Origin: Akkermansia muciniphila
Lineage (GTDB): Bacteria > Verrucomicrobiota > Verrucomicrobiia > Limisphaerales > UBA9464
Reading direction: 5' to 3'
DNA length: 64,000 nt
NCBI GenBank assembly: GCA_945898055.1
Contig: CAMDGV010000018.1
Coordinates: 25 to 64,024 of the forward strand
A program made the position numbers and the translations under genes. Below, piece by piece: positions 19,433-30,432 of this stretch (its first letter is position 1; every line of letters starts with the position of its first letter). The notes beneath the pieces were generated by a model. It was given only the letters and a program-made list of their open reading frames with translations. It did not search any database and was not told the DNA's origin.

Positions 19433-20863
19433 ATGAACGCTCAGGATTGGAAGCTTATCGCCCTCGCTCTTCTCGCCATCAGTTCGTTGGTGGTGTTGAT
19501 TACAAAGTATCGGGTAAATGCCTTTATTTCGCTCCTTCTAGCCTCCTTGGTGGTTGGACTGGGTGCGGTGATATTACTCGACGTGCCGGCGCGTGATGCG
19601 ACCGGTAAAATCCTCGTGACCGTGGCGGGTAAATCTTCGTCGTACACAGTTTTGGCGGTGCTTAAATCTTTTGGTGATGGATTGGGTGCTACGATGACAG
19701 GGACGGCGGCGGTGATTGCGCTTGGAACAATGTTGGGGCGGTTGTTAGCAGAATCGGGCGGGGCTGAAGTTTTGGCCAAACGTTTTGGAGCGTTATTTGG
19801 CCCCAAACACATTCAATGGTGCATCATGGCCCTAGCACTAGCGATAGGCCTTACTACTTGGTTTGCGGTGGGGTTGGTGCTGCTCCTACCGATCCTGCTA
19901 ACCCTGACCTACGAGACCAAACAACCTTTCCTTCGACTGGCCTTACCGCTGTTAGCCTGTTTGTCCGTCATGCACGGGGTGATGCCACCGCATCCGGGGC
20001 CGGTTGTGGCGGTGGAAGCGCTGAAGGCGAGTATGGGATTGGTCCTTTTTTGGGGGTTTGTTATCGGTATTCCGACCGCCGCCGTCGCGGGGCCTCTTTA
20101 TGCTCGCTTCGTTGTGAATAGGATTACGGCAAATCCGCCACCGATTGTCTCTAAGTCGCAGTCTTTGGATCCGAGCTTTCGGTTGCCTAGTTTTAATTTG
20201 ACCTTGTTTAGTATTCTTTCGCCGGTCTGCCTGATGCTACTGGCCACGGTGGCGGAGTTAATTTTGCCCAAGGGAAATAGTTGGCGGGAAGCAGCCCAGT
20301 TTATTGGCCATCCAACGATGGCTTTGTTGGCGGCCGTGCTCTTTGCTTCTTGGTCGATTGGCACCCGTTGCGGTTATAACCGGACCCAAATACTTAAATT
20401 TACTGAAGGAAGTATTGCGACTGTGGGTATGACGCTCTTGGTGATTTCTGCTGGTGGCGGTTTTGCCCGCGTGCTTCGGGATTCTGGCGTGGCAGATGCC
20501 ATCGGTAAGGCCGGTTCAGCCGCCGATTTAAGTCCCTTGCTCTATGGATGGATGGTGTCGGCCTTTATTCGGATTGCGACCGGTTCCGCGACCGTCGCCA
20601 TAACCACTGCCTCCGGTCTGTTGGTTCCGGTTATGGCGGTTCATCCTGAACTCAATCAGCACCAGATCGCGTTGATCATTTGCGCCATCGGCTGCGGATC
20701 GTTGATTCTGAGTCATCTGAATGATTCGGGTTTTTGGATGGTGAAAGATAGTCTAGGACTGACTGTCGGGCAGACCCTAAAGACGTGGACGGTTTGCGAG
20801 ACCTTGGTTGGCATTGCTGGAATGCTTTTTTCCCTTCTCGCTTTTAAATTGATGGCGACTTAA
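19433..20863 (+). CDS. gntP: GntP-family gluconate/sugar-acid:H+ symporter
   Basis: LAESGGA, PPHPGP, RIATGSATVA, SHLNDSGFW. Start moved to ATG 19433. Confidence 0.92.
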   Translation: MNAQDWKLIALALLAISSLVVLITKYRVNAFISLLLASLVVGLGAVILLDVPARDATGKILVTVAGKSSSYTVLAVLKSFGDGLGATMTGTAAVIALGTMLGRLLAESGGAEVLAKRFGALFGPKHIQWCIMALALAIGLTTWFAVGLVLLLPILLTLTYETKQPFLRLALPLLACLSVMHGVMPPHPGPVVAVEALKASMGLVLFWGFVIGIPTAAVAGPLYARFVVNRITANPPPIVSKSQSLDPSFRLPSFNLTLFSILSPVCLMLLATVAELILPKGNSWREAAQFIGHPTMALLAAVLFASWSIGTRCGYNRTQILKFTEGSIATVGMTLLVISAGGGFARVLRDSGVADAIGKAGSAADLSPLLYGWMVSAFIRIATGSATVAITTASGLLVPVMAVHPELNQHQIALIICAIGCGSLILSHLNDSGFWMVKDSLGLTVGQTLKTWTVCETLVGIAGMLFSLLAFKLMAT

Positions 20864-20890
20864 GTCTTTTTCGCTTGGTTTTGTTATTGC

Positions 20891-21949
20891 ATGAAGTTTT
20901 CTCCTTACTCGGTGCCAACTGCGGTCCGCCATGATGTGGTCGCTTTGGGCGAATGTATGGTCCGACTCTCCCCACCGGGGCCTGGCCGAATTGAGTTTAC
21001 TCGGTCCCTCGAAGTGGATGTCGGCGGTGGCGAATACAATGTCGCTTATGCCTGCGCTCGATTGGGGTTGAAGACCGCTTTTTTGAGTAAATTACCAAAA
21101 AATGCACTAGCATCCCTGATTCTTAATCATGCCCGAGCGGTGGGTATGGATGTCGATCATGTCGCGATGGAAGCTCATGACGGCGTCGGTCGACGGAATC
21201 GAGTTGGGCTTTATTTTGCTGAGATTGGGACAGGTGTCCGAGGGGGGATGGCGCTGTTTGACCGAGGTCATTCGAGTGCCAGCGCAATGCGGCCCGAGGA
21301 TGTAAATTGGTCCAAACTTTTTGAGAAAGAAGGGGTCCGTTGGCTGCACACAGGTGGAATTTTTGCGGTCCTATCTGAATCAACACGCGCGACCCTGCGG
21401 GTCGCATTTGATGCAGCGCGGGCAGCGGGTACCTCGGTCAGTTACGATCTCAATTTTCGAGCGGCTCTGGCTGGATCAGCCGAGGCAGCGGCCATCAATC
21501 GCGAGTTTGTCGGTCGATCAGAAATGTTAATTGGGAGTGCCGACGGTTTCAGAGCTTTGCTCGGACAAAATACACCGGCAGGATCCGTTCAGACTTTGGT
21601 GGAAGCTGTTGCCGCTGCTTTTCCTAATCTTCGATGGATCGCTGGAACTGAACGAACCACACTGAGCGGAGATCGCCATGATTTAAGTGGGTTTGTCTGG
21701 GAAATGGGAGAGTGGTTCGACGGACGGATTTACCGCGATCTCGAGATTGTCGATCGAGTGGGGACAGGGGATGCCTTTGCGGCCGGGCTCATTCGGGGAA
21801 TTTTAATCGGAACCGGGCTGCAAGCGGCGTTGGATTTTGGATTGGCCCATGCCGCCTTGGTTCACACGACTCGAGGCGACACCTCTCAGTTCAGTGTGGC
21901 CGAAATTGAAGCTGTAGCAGGCGGCGCAGGGGCGGCGATGCAGCGTTGA
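20891..21949 (+). CDS. kdgK: 2-keto-3-deoxygluconate kinase (PfkB family)
   Basis: LGECMVRLSP, GGGEYNVA, SYDLNFR, DRVGTGDAFAAG. Confidence 0.85.
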   Translation: MKFSPYSVPTAVRHDVVALGECMVRLSPPGPGRIEFTRSLEVDVGGGEYNVAYACARLGLKTAFLSKLPKNALASLILNHARAVGMDVDHVAMEAHDGVGRRNRVGLYFAEIGTGVRGGMALFDRGHSSASAMRPEDVNWSKLFEKEGVRWLHTGGIFAVLSESTRATLRVAFDAARAAGTSVSYDLNFRAALAGSAEAAAINREFVGRSEMLIGSADGFRALLGQNTPAGSVQTLVEAVAAAFPNLRWIAGTERTTLSGDRHDLSGFVWEMGEWFDGRIYRDLEIVDRVGTGDAFAAGLIRGILIGTGLQAALDFGLAHAALVHTTRGDTSQFSVAEIEAVAGGAGAAMQR

Positions 21950-22084
21950 GGGGGAGAGAGCTTTTTTGGCTTAAAAACTCTTCAACGAACTCTTCAGTTG
22001 CCCGAATTCGGCGATTCGCTGGATCCAGATCTAGGTGTCATCCGGACTTCCCTTTCACTGGGTTCATCCATTAAGCTCTGGGCG

Positions 22085-22957
22085 GTGCATTTCCGAAAAG
22101 TAACATTGGTGGGCGTCGGTCTTTTGGGAGGATCCCTCGGTTTGGCTTTGAAGCGACGTGGTCTCGTGGACGAGGTTCACGGGTTTGTTCGACGCCAAGC
22201 TTCCGTGGCCGAATGTTTGGGCTTGGGGGTGGTTGATCGTTGCACCCGCAATCTTGCGGAAGCCATTACTGGGGCCGATCTGGTGGTTCTCTGTTCGCCG
22301 GTCGGTCAAATGGCCGGTCTTTTTTCTGAGTTCAAACGCTTCTTGACCCCCGACTGTTTGGTGACCGATGTGGGCAGTGTCAAATCAACGGTGGTTGCCG
22401 ATTTGGAGACGCTGGCAGCGGAGGCCGGAGTTCTTTTCGTGGGCAGTCATCCAATGGCCGGTGCCGAAAAGAGTGGGCCCGCCTTTGCACGCGCTGATTT
22501 GTTTGATGGAGCTGTTTGTGTCGTCACGCCGACAAGCTCTACACCTCCCGTTGCACTCGAAAAAATAACCGCTTTGTGGGAGTCCTTGGGCTCCCGGGTT
22601 TTGCGGATGAATCCAATGCTTCATGATGATTTGGTGGGGCGTTCGAGCCATCTGCCCCATGTGGTGGCCGCGGGTTTAGCTAACTATATTTTAAGTCCAG
22701 CACATCCTAAAGCCCAAGCAGAACTTTGTGCCGGTGGTTTTCGTGACCTCACCCGCATTGCGTCCGGTTCTCCGTCGATGTGGAGAGATATTGCCCTCGG
22801 TAATAGCCGCAATTTATCCCGTGTTTTGGGAGTGTTCATTGAGGATCTTCAAGAGTTTCGTCGAGCCCTAGACGAAGGAGATGGCCCAGCGGTGGAAGAG
22901 TATTTCAAACAAGCTCAAGAACGTCGGCAGAGTCGTTATCCCGAACTAGGCTCTTAG
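22085..22957 (+). CDS. tyrA: Prephenate/arogenate dehydrogenase
   Basis: GVGLLGGS, TDVGSVK, GSHPMAG, SHLPH, GGFRDLTRIA. GTG start inferred. Confidence 0.93.
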   Translation: MHFRKVTLVGVGLLGGSLGLALKRRGLVDEVHGFVRRQASVAECLGLGVVDRCTRNLAEAITGADLVVLCSPVGQMAGLFSEFKRFLTPDCLVTDVGSVKSTVVADLETLAAEAGVLFVGSHPMAGAEKSGPAFARADLFDGAVCVVTPTSSTPPVALEKITALWESLGSRVLRMNPMLHDDLVGRSSHLPHVVAAGLANYILSPAHPKAQAELCAGGFRDLTRIASGSPSMWRDIALGNSRNLSRVLGVFIEDLQEFRRALDEGDGPAVEEYFKQAQERRQSRYPELGS

Positions 22958-22971
22958 CCCTCCTTCGAACT

Positions 22972-24243
22972 ATGCCCCTTCCGGATCTTATCGAAATAGT
23001 CCCTCCGTTCCAGTTGCCATCGCGATCGGCGATCACGGTGCCAGGGTCAAAAAGTATCACGAATCGTGCCCTCATTTTGGCGGCACTCTCCTCAGGGCAG
23101 GTCACTTTAAATGGAGCCTTGTGGAGTGAAGATACTCAAGTCATGACGGGCTGCCTTCGTCAGCTAGGTTTCAAGGTGCAGGTCCAACTCGATCCAGCCG
23201 AGGACGCGAATCGAATCATCCGAGTGCAAGGCTTGGGAGGTCGAATACCGAACACCGGTAGTGTCACTCATCCACTGGAACTTTTTGTGGGTAATGCGGG
23301 AACGGCAGCACGTTTTTTGGCAGCGATGGTGTGTCTCGGCGAAGGAGTTTTTCGCTTGTCGGGAGTTCCTCGTATGCATCAACGCCCGCAGGCAGGACTC
23401 TTTGCTGCCCTTCGCGCCTTGGGATATCGAGTGGAATCGTCAGATGATCATTTGCCAGCCCTTATTTTTGGAACTGGCCCCAGAGTGGCTCAGTGTGAAG
23501 TGAGTGTCTTAGAGAGTTCCCAATATGCCTCTGCGCTCTTAATGCCCGCAGGATTCGCGGGCTGGCAAGTGGCCGTGACTGGGGCCAATGCGGATGAATT
23601 GCCTTATGTGGAAATGACACGACGCTTGATCGCCGAATTTCCCGAACAAGAAGGTCATTTTCAGATCGAGCCCGATGCCTCGAGTGGAAGTTATTTCTGG
23701 GGTGCGGCCCAGCTCTTGGGACGAGATCGAATCAGCGTGAATCACTGGCCCAATTCCGGTTGGCAGGTAGACGCCCGTTATCCTCACTTCATGGATTTAC
23801 CGGAGGAAATCTCTCGTGAACGAGATTTGGGAGATAGCATTATGACTGCGATTACTTTGGCTCCCTTAGCTGGGCGAACAGTTCGTTTCACTGATCTTGG
23901 TCGCTTACGAGTCCAAGAATGTGAACGAGTTCAGGCATTAAGAACCGAATTAACGCGGTGTGGTGCTCGGGTGATTGAGGACGGAGATACCCTGATTGTC
24001 GAGCCATCAGAGTTGCATGGAGCGGAGGTTGAGACCTATGACGATCACCGAATAGCGATGTGCTTTGCGACTCTCAGCTTGAAAGTAGGAGGATTGAGAC
24101 TCAGAAATCCCTCGTGCGTTCGGAAGACCTTCCCCAATTTTTTTCAGAAACTCTCCATGGCAGCTCCACAGGGACTGGGGGTGACAGTGCTCGACCCGCG
24201 AACCGGTCAGCCACTGCCCCTCCACGCGTTAGTCGCCGAGTGA
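22972..24243 (+). CDS. aroA: 3-phosphoshikimate 1-carboxyvinyltransferase (EPSP synthase)
   Basis: PGSKSITNRA, GNAGTAARF, SSQYAS, LRVQECER, DDHRIAM, KTFPNF. Confidence 0.95.
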   Translation: MPLPDLIEIVPPFQLPSRSAITVPGSKSITNRALILAALSSGQVTLNGALWSEDTQVMTGCLRQLGFKVQVQLDPAEDANRIIRVQGLGGRIPNTGSVTHPLELFVGNAGTAARFLAAMVCLGEGVFRLSGVPRMHQRPQAGLFAALRALGYRVESSDDHLPALIFGTGPRVAQCEVSVLESSQYASALLMPAGFAGWQVAVTGANADELPYVEMTRRLIAEFPEQEGHFQIEPDASSGSYFWGAAQLLGRDRISVNHWPNSGWQVDARYPHFMDLPEEISRERDLGDSIMTAITLAPLAGRTVRFTDLGRLRVQECERVQALRTELTRCGARVIEDGDTLIVEPSELHGAEVETYDDHRIAMCFATLSLKVGGLRLRNPSCVRKTFPNFFQKLSMAAPQGLGVTVLDPRTGQPLPLHALVAE

Positions 24244-24263
24244 AGTCTGAACTGCCTGTGACG

Positions 24264-24944
24264 ATGAAGTTACCCCAAGTTATTGCGGTGGATGGCCCGA
24301 GTGCCTCAGGGAAGGGGACATTGTCTCGTCGGGTGGCCCAAGCCCTGAACTATACTTATGTCGATAGCGGTGCGATGTACCGAACTTTGGCTTGGTACTG
24401 TTTGCGTAAAGGGATGCGAGTTGAGAAGCCAATGTCTTTGGATGATGAGCGAGCTATTGCCCGGCAATTGCGAAGTTGGAAGGTGGAGATGAAGATCATT
24501 GACGGACAGGCTTGGTTGCATGTGGATGATTATTTTCCGGCTAAAGAAATCCGCACCGACGCGGTGGAGAAGGCCGTGCCCATTGTGGCTCAGATTGGTA
24601 AAGTCCGAGATTGGATGGTGACCGAGCAGCGAGAATGTGCGGCACGTGGACCGGTGGTGATGGAAGGGCGGGATATCGGGACAGAAGTATTCCCCTTGGC
24701 GCCTGTAAAATTTTTTCTTGAAGCGGATGCGATAGAACGACAAAAGCGGATTGAAGGTCGAGGTGGATCAACGGATGGGGCTTGGCGCGATAGTATGGAT
24801 ATTAATCGCAAGCAAGGGGCACTGATACCCGCATTGGATGCCATCCGGATTAATAATACTGGGCAGACTCCCGAGGAGACCTATGTCATTTTAATGACCC
24901 ATATTCGCGAGCGATTGAGTTTGTCGGAGAGTGTTCCCACTTAA
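24264..24944 (+). CDS. cmk: Cytidylate kinase
   Basis: IAVDGPSASGKGT, DSGAMYR, EGRDIGT.VFP. Confidence 0.95.
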   Translation: MKLPQVIAVDGPSASGKGTLSRRVAQALNYTYVDSGAMYRTLAWYCLRKGMRVEKPMSLDDERAIARQLRSWKVEMKIIDGQAWLHVDDYFPAKEIRTDAVEKAVPIVAQIGKVRDWMVTEQRECAARGPVVMEGRDIGTEVFPLAPVKFFLEADAIERQKRIEGRGGSTDGAWRDSMDINRKQGALIPALDAIRINNTGQTPEETYVILMTHIRERLSLSESVPT

Positions 24945-25065
24945 TTTTTTGAAGAGCCCGATGATTCATTGTATTAAGAAGGGAATTGGATGGGGATTAA
25001 TCCAAGATGGTTTTCTTTTCTCTCAGGTACTAACTTTGATTTGTAAATTAAAGAGAGTGGGTGCG

Positions 25066-26742
25066 ATGCTTTTTAAGTCTGTGATCGGGCGGTCCCTCTT
25101 CCTCTTGCTGTCCTTTGCCCTCATTCCCTCGGTCTATTCAGGGGAGGGAGAGGATGTCTTGGTGATTTTTAATTCACGCTCACCGGAGTCTCGTTTGGTC
25201 GCGGAACATTACCTTCGAAAACGGGCTGTACCCTCAGCACAGATGAAGGGGTTTGACCTGCCATTAGCTGGAGCCCTTTCCAGAGAAGACTACACCCGTG
25301 GGCTTCAAGACCCCTTGATGTCGTGGATGACCGCTCAAGGTTTGGCGACTTGGACCCACGAGACAGTTCGGGCTTCGAAGGGGATTCCTGCTGGGAAGAA
25401 ACATACTTTAAAGCAATCCCGTATTCGGTATCTTTTACTTTGTTACGGCGTGCCTTGGTACATTCAAAATGATCCAGGGTTTAAGGAAGATACGAACGGA
25501 GTTCCTGACTTTATCCGACGGAACGATGCTTCCGTCGACGACGATTTGGCACTGCTTCCCCGACTGGGCCATTCGAAGTTTGTTGGTGTTACTCAAAATC
25601 CGTTTGCTGGGACCACGAATGCTTCGATGATCCAAGCACAGAATGGAGCTTTTGTGGTAACCCGCCTCGATGGACCCACTCCCCAAATTGCTATGGGTTT
25701 GGTCGATAAAGCGATGGAAGCTGAGTCCAAGGGGCTTTGGGGGCATGCTTATATCGATTTACGTAATATAACGAATTCAGCCTATGCGGCTGGGGATGAG
25801 ATGCTCACCAATGTGGCCTCAGCATCGAAGCGCTTAGGCTTTGAGACCTTTATTGATAATCAACCCGAGACATTTCGCTTAGGTTATCCGATGAGCCAGA
25901 TCGGAATCTATGCCGGTTGGTATGAGTCAGGCATCACAGGACCCTTTGTCCGGCCCACGATGGAATTTATGCCCGGAGCTTTCGGGTATCATTTGCATTC
26001 GTTTAGCGCCGCCAATATTCGTTCAGCGGATGAAAACTGGGTGGGTCCTCTGTTGGCTCGCGGTGTGACCTGTACTTTGGGCTGTGTGGCCGAACCGTAT
26101 CTGGCATTAACTCCGCACCCAGGCATTTTTCTCGAACGTTGGGGCTATCTGGGAATGACTTTTGGCGAGGCATCGATGGCCTGTCGCCCAGCATTATCAT
26201 GGCAGACTGTGGCTATCGGAGATCCGCTCTATCGCCCTTTTCGACTGAACCCAATTCAATATGGTGAAATGCTCTCCATGGCAAATAACCCCTTATCGGC
26301 CTATGCCCTGGTTCGTAAGGCTAATGTCGATAAACTGTTAGGACGCCCAGTAGAGCCGCTCTTGGAGATTCTTGAGAAGAATCCGATGGCGACAAATAAC
26401 TCGGTTTTGGCAGAGAAAATAGCACGAATGTATTGGAGCCAAGCTCGGGTTACCAAGTCGGAAGAGTGGTATGCCATTGCTCTGGCGGCCCGAGGCTGCA
26501 CACCTCGGCAACGGATTCGACTCTTACTGGATAGCGTGGAGACCCACCGGGTGCTGGGGCACCCTAAGGCCGCTTTGGATGCCTTGGATGAAGTGATCCA
26601 AGCGGAACCCGACCGAGTTGATGCCTTAGCCCTGCGAAATCGCCAGTTGAACTTTGCCGTCGAAATGGCGGATTCGCTTCGAGCGGAAAAAGTGAGAGTG
26701 GAGATCCGAAAACTGACCCCAACGAACCCACCGACGAAGTGA
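25066..26742 (+). CDS. TIGR03790 family protein with C-terminal TPR-like helices
   Basis: ASVDDDLALL, VTRLDGPT, YAGWY, PGAFGYHLHSFSA, G.VAEPYL, IGDPLYRPF. Confidence 0.8.
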   Translation: MLFKSVIGRSLFLLLSFALIPSVYSGEGEDVLVIFNSRSPESRLVAEHYLRKRAVPSAQMKGFDLPLAGALSREDYTRGLQDPLMSWMTAQGLATWTHETVRASKGIPAGKKHTLKQSRIRYLLLCYGVPWYIQNDPGFKEDTNGVPDFIRRNDASVDDDLALLPRLGHSKFVGVTQNPFAGTTNASMIQAQNGAFVVTRLDGPTPQIAMGLVDKAMEAESKGLWGHAYIDLRNITNSAYAAGDEMLTNVASASKRLGFETFIDNQPETFRLGYPMSQIGIYAGWYESGITGPFVRPTMEFMPGAFGYHLHSFSAANIRSADENWVGPLLARGVTCTLGCVAEPYLALTPHPGIFLERWGYLGMTFGEASMACRPALSWQTVAIGDPLYRPFRLNPIQYGEMLSMANNPLSAYALVRKANVDKLLGRPVEPLLEILEKNPMATNNSVLAEKIARMYWSQARVTKSEEWYAIALAARGCTPRQRIRLLLDSVETHRVLGHPKAALDALDEVIQAEPDRVDALALRNRQLNFAVEMADSLRAEKVRVEIRKLTPTNPPTK

Positions 26743-27395
26743 CTCTTTCCGACTTTGAATGTTTGCGCAAAGCGGATTCTGTGCTTGGGGATCTGATGGA
26801 TCGCATCGGTCCGTATCAATTAGTCCCAGAAACGCGACGCAGTCCTTTCGAATCCTTGGTGCGCGCGGTGGCTCATCAGCAACTGCATGGAAAAGCAGCC
26901 GAAACGATTTTGGGCCGTTTCATCGCCCTTTTTCCGGGGCGTCGTTTTCCTAAGCCCGAAGATCTGCTGACCGTCCCCGACGCTTTGATTCGTGGAGCGG
27001 GATTCTCTGGATCCAAAGTACTAGCCATTCGCGACATAGCAGTAAAAACTTTAGATGGAACAGTGCCGACAGCTCGGCGAATTGCCGCGATGGAAGATTC
27101 CGCCATTATTGATCGATTAGTCCAGTGTCGAGGGGTTGGGCGATGGACCGTGGAGATGCTTTTAATTTTTAAGTTAGGGAGGTTAGATATTTTACCCGTG
27201 GATGATTTTGGAGTCCGAGAAGGATTTCGGGTGACCTATGGTTTGGAAAAGCAACCTAAGCCCAGTGAATTAAAGATTTACGGTGAAAGGTGGCGTCCCT
27301 ACCGAACCGTCGCGGCTTGGTATCTTTGGCGGGCGGCGGATGCAGCGAAGGAGATGAGCCGTGGTTCTGCACCTCGTCCTCTTAATTTAGGTTAA
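26739..27395 (+). CDS. alkA: DNA-3-methyladenine glycosylase II (HhH-GPD)
   Basis: QQLHGKAA, RGVGRWT.EM, PVDDFGVR, WRPYRT.AAWYLW. Confidence 0.92.
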   Translation: MTLSDFECLRKADSVLGDLMDRIGPYQLVPETRRSPFESLVRAVAHQQLHGKAAETILGRFIALFPGRRFPKPEDLLTVPDALIRGAGFSGSKVLAIRDIAVKTLDGTVPTARRIAAMEDSAIIDRLVQCRGVGRWTVEMLLIFKLGRLDILPVDDFGVREGFRVTYGLEKQPKPSELKIYGERWRPYRTVAAWYLWRAADAAKEMSRGSAPRPLNLG

Positions 27396-27495
27396 ATTAG
27401 AGGTCGTTCACCGGTGCAAAACTATCGATTTAAACGGAATTTTTGGGATACAGAGGCACTAAATGGGCTCTGTCTCATCCCTTGATTCGATGGAA

Positions 27496-30432
27496 TTAGA
27501 CCAGCCTTTGGGTTCCGCCATCGTAGCCTTCACCGTCGAGATCAATTAGAATTTCCCTCGGCTCGGCTCCTTTTCCGGGGCCGACGATTCCGCGGTTCTG
27601 AAGTTCATCCATGATCCGAGATGCCCGCCCGTAACCGAGTCTAAGTCGGCGTTGGAGGAGCGAGGCACTTGCCCTTTTCTCCGAGCGAATGACCTCGATA
27701 CATTTTTCAATCAGGTCCTCCTCGTCATTGGTGGCGTCGTTGTCAGGATCCAAAGAAAGGGTACCTGCGCTATTAGGAGCTTTTTGCAGGACGTTAAAGA
27801 TTTCCTTTACGTAGCTCGGCTTACTTTGGTGACTGATATGTCCGACCACACTCTCGATTTCTTGATCGGTGATTAAGGCCCCTTGGGCTCGGATTAAGCG
27901 TCCTGATCCAGGCGCTAAATAGAGCATATCGCCCTTGCCTAAAAGTTTATCTGCCCCCATTTGGTCAAGAATCGTCCGCGAATCCACTTTAGCAGCCACT
28001 TGGAAAGCAATGCGGGCAGGAATATTGGCTTTGATGACGCCGGTAATGACATCGACCGAGGGTCGTTGGGTGGCCACAATGCAATGAATCCCTGCGGCAC
28101 GAGCCATTTGAGTAATGCGAGCAATAGCCATTTCGACATCGGCAGGTGCAACCAGCATAAGATCCGCTAGTTCATCGATTATCACCACAATGTACGAAAG
28201 CTTTTCAGGGATCACAATGTCTTCATCCCTGGGGACCACGATTTGTTCATCGACTTCTACCGCGAAGCCGTCGGCTCCCGGTTCAACCTTTTCTCGTCGC
28301 ATGGTGAGCGGCAATTCCGGTTCCCGAAGCGGAAAAGGTTTATCTTTGGGCCGTTCGTTAAAGGCCTTAATATTACGGACGTTGACTCGGGCAAAAATTT
28401 GGTACCGCTTTTCCATTTCATTCACCACCCAACGCAGGGCGAGAATTACCTTCTTAGGGTCCGTGACAACAGGGACCACGAGATGGGGAAGTGAATTGTA
28501 GGTTTGAAGTTCGACCACCTTGGGGTCAATCATCACAAAGCGAAGTTGGTCTGGGGTAAATTTGTAGAGAAGCGAGGCAATAATCGTGTTGATACACACT
28601 GACTTGCCGGAGCCGGTACTGCCGGCAATGAGGACATGGGGCATCTCGGCTAAGTCGGCGATGATGGGGTGCCCGTAGACATCCTTGCCGAGAGCCAGCG
28701 GAATGCGGCATTTTGTATTTTGCCATTCCGGTGATTCGAGCAGGTCCCGCATGATGACCTTGGTTTTCACCAAATTTGGAACCTCGACACCGACCGAAGA
28801 TTTGCCAGGAATCGGGGCAAGAATATTGAGTCGTTCAGCCTTGAGGGCAGCGGCCATATTATTATTGAGCGAGGCAATTTTCTCCATCTTGACCCCAGCA
28901 GCCGGGTGCAATTCGTAGCGGGTGATGGTAGGACCCTTGGTAATATCGCCGGGAGCAACCTCAATGTTAAATTGCGCTAAGGTTTGCACCATCAACCGCG
29001 CGTTAGACATTAATTCCTCCTTGGTCTCAGTCGCTTTGAGGGTGAGATCTGGATAGTGGAGCAGATCCATGGAGGGCAAAATATAATTGCCCAGCATGGG
29101 AGTGCTGGCGACGGTGATTGGCTTGTTTCGGCGCGGGTGTGAGCTCAACCGAATCTTGGGCAAGGGGGCATCATCCGGATCTAGAATCACTGATGATCCC
29201 TCCATTTCACTTGGAAGTGTCCAGGGCGGCCCATCATCGTTGACCGCTACATCGGTCTTCTCCAGATCTGACCCTTCAGCATCTTCTGCGGTTTCGCTTG
29301 GATTTTTCGCCTCCGCTGGACGCCCTAGAATGGATTCAGTAATCGATCGAGACTTGACCGGATTTCCCTTGGAAGTGGTCGTTGGTTTAGCGACGAGAGA
29401 CTCAATTTCATCCGCTTTAATGACATCCCCAGCGTTCATAATTTGCGCCTCCCGCTGTTGAGGCACACTGAGATCACGAATCGTAGGTTCGGGGAAAGGT
29501 TTTAGGTCAGCACCGATTCCCGTCGGTTCAGTGGCATTAGACTCCGGGTCGAAATTCGACGGGAGCTTTGGGCGTGCGGCACGTTGATTTGGTGGGGAAC
29601 TCGACTCTGCCGCCGCAACCGAGTCTGTCGATTGCGTTGCCGATTTGTTGATTTCTTTGGCGTTTTGCTGGGCTAAATCTTTGGCCCGCTTTTCCAAGGC
29701 TTTGGCCCGTTTATTAAGAACCGCCTCTTCAGCCGCCAATTTCTCATCCGGCGTCAGAGGTCGACGATGAAGAAGCGAACGGATCCAACTGAGCAGATGG
29801 TAGTCAGTGAGGAAGAGAAGACTTACCAGATAGATGACCGCGTAAGTAAATCCGGAACCAATTCGACCGAAGGCATATTCGACGCCCTTATCGTTAATGA
29901 GATGACCTAAAAGACCGCCTGGACCGGGGCCGGTATCGCGGCGTATCGGGATTCCTGGAAGCCATTTTTCGCATAAGGAAAGAATCCCAATACAAGCGAT
30001 GAGCAGACCGGTAGAAGCAGCGAGGGATTTCCAATGGCGCAAGTAAATGAGAGAGGGAATGAAGCTAGCGATACCGAGCCCAGACATCAGAACGGGAATA
30101 AGCCAAGCACCGACGCCGACATAGAGTTGAAGCTTGTAGGCGATCCAAGCACCACCATGACCGGCCATATTGTGGACAGAGCTATTCGGGGCTGTGGTGT
30201 TGAGGCCCAGATCGAGGCGATCGTAGGAGGCGAGTGCGGCGAAGAGGATCACCGCCAGACCGATGAGGATGATACCCCAGAAGTCAGACCAGACATGAGA
30301 TCTACCAGAAGGGTTGATTTTATCTGATTCTTTTGACGGCACGCGGTTGAATCCTAGAGACCGGCGGTAGGTTGGAGCAAGAGGGGAAGGGGAAAAGCGA
30401 CACGAATCATTGATCTGAACGATTGAAATCAC
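27496..30432 (-). CDS. ftsK: DNA translocase FtsK (4TM N-terminus, linker, motor, gamma domain); start uncertain
   Basis: PHVLIAGSTGSGKS, IDPKVVEL, IIDELADLM, ATQRPSVDVITG, LQRRLRLGYGRA. Confidence 0.96.
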   Translation of the reverse strand: MISIVQINDSCRFSPSPLAPTYRRSLGFNRVPSKESDKINPSGRSHVWSDFWGIILIGLAVILFAALASYDRLDLGLNTTAPNSSVHNMAGHGGAWIAYKLQLYVGVGAWLIPVLMSGLGIASFIPSLIYLRHWKSLAASTGLLIACIGILSLCEKWLPGIPIRRDTGPGPGGLLGHLINDKGVEYAFGRIGSGFTYAVIYLVSLLFLTDYHLLSWIRSLLHRRPLTPDEKLAAEEAVLNKRAKALEKRAKDLAQQNAKEINKSATQSTDSVAAAESSSPPNQRAARPKLPSNFDPESNATEPTGIGADLKPFPEPTIRDLSVPQQREAQIMNAGDVIKADEIESLVAKPTTTSKGNPVKSRSITESILGRPAEAKNPSETAEDAEGSDLEKTDVAVNDDGPPWTLPSEMEGSSVILDPDDAPLPKIRLSSHPRRNKPITVASTPMLGNYILPSMDLLHYPDLTLKATETKEELMSNARLMVQTLAQFNIEVAPGDITKGPTITRYELHPAAGVKMEKIASLNNNMAAALKAERLNILAPIPGKSSVGVEVPNLVKTKVIMRDLLESPEWQNTKCRIPLALGKDVYGHPIIADLAEMPHVLIAGSTGSGKSVCINTIIASLLYKFTPDQLRFVMIDPKVVELQTYNSLPHLVVPVVTDPKKVILALRWVVNEMEKRYQIFARVNVRNIKAFNERPKDKPFPLREPELPLTMRREKVEPGADGFAVEVDEQIVVPRDEDIVIPEKLSYIVVIIDELADLMLVAPADVEMAIARITQMARAAGIHCIVATQRPSVDVITGVIKANIPARIAFQVAAKVDSRTILDQMGADKLLGKGDMLYLAPGSGRLIRAQGALITDQEIESVVGHISHQSKPSYVKEIFNVLQKAPNSAGTLSLDPDNDATNDEEDLIEKCIEVIRSEKRASASLLQRRLRLGYGRASRIMDELQNRGIVGPGKGAEPREILIDLDGEGYDGGTQRLV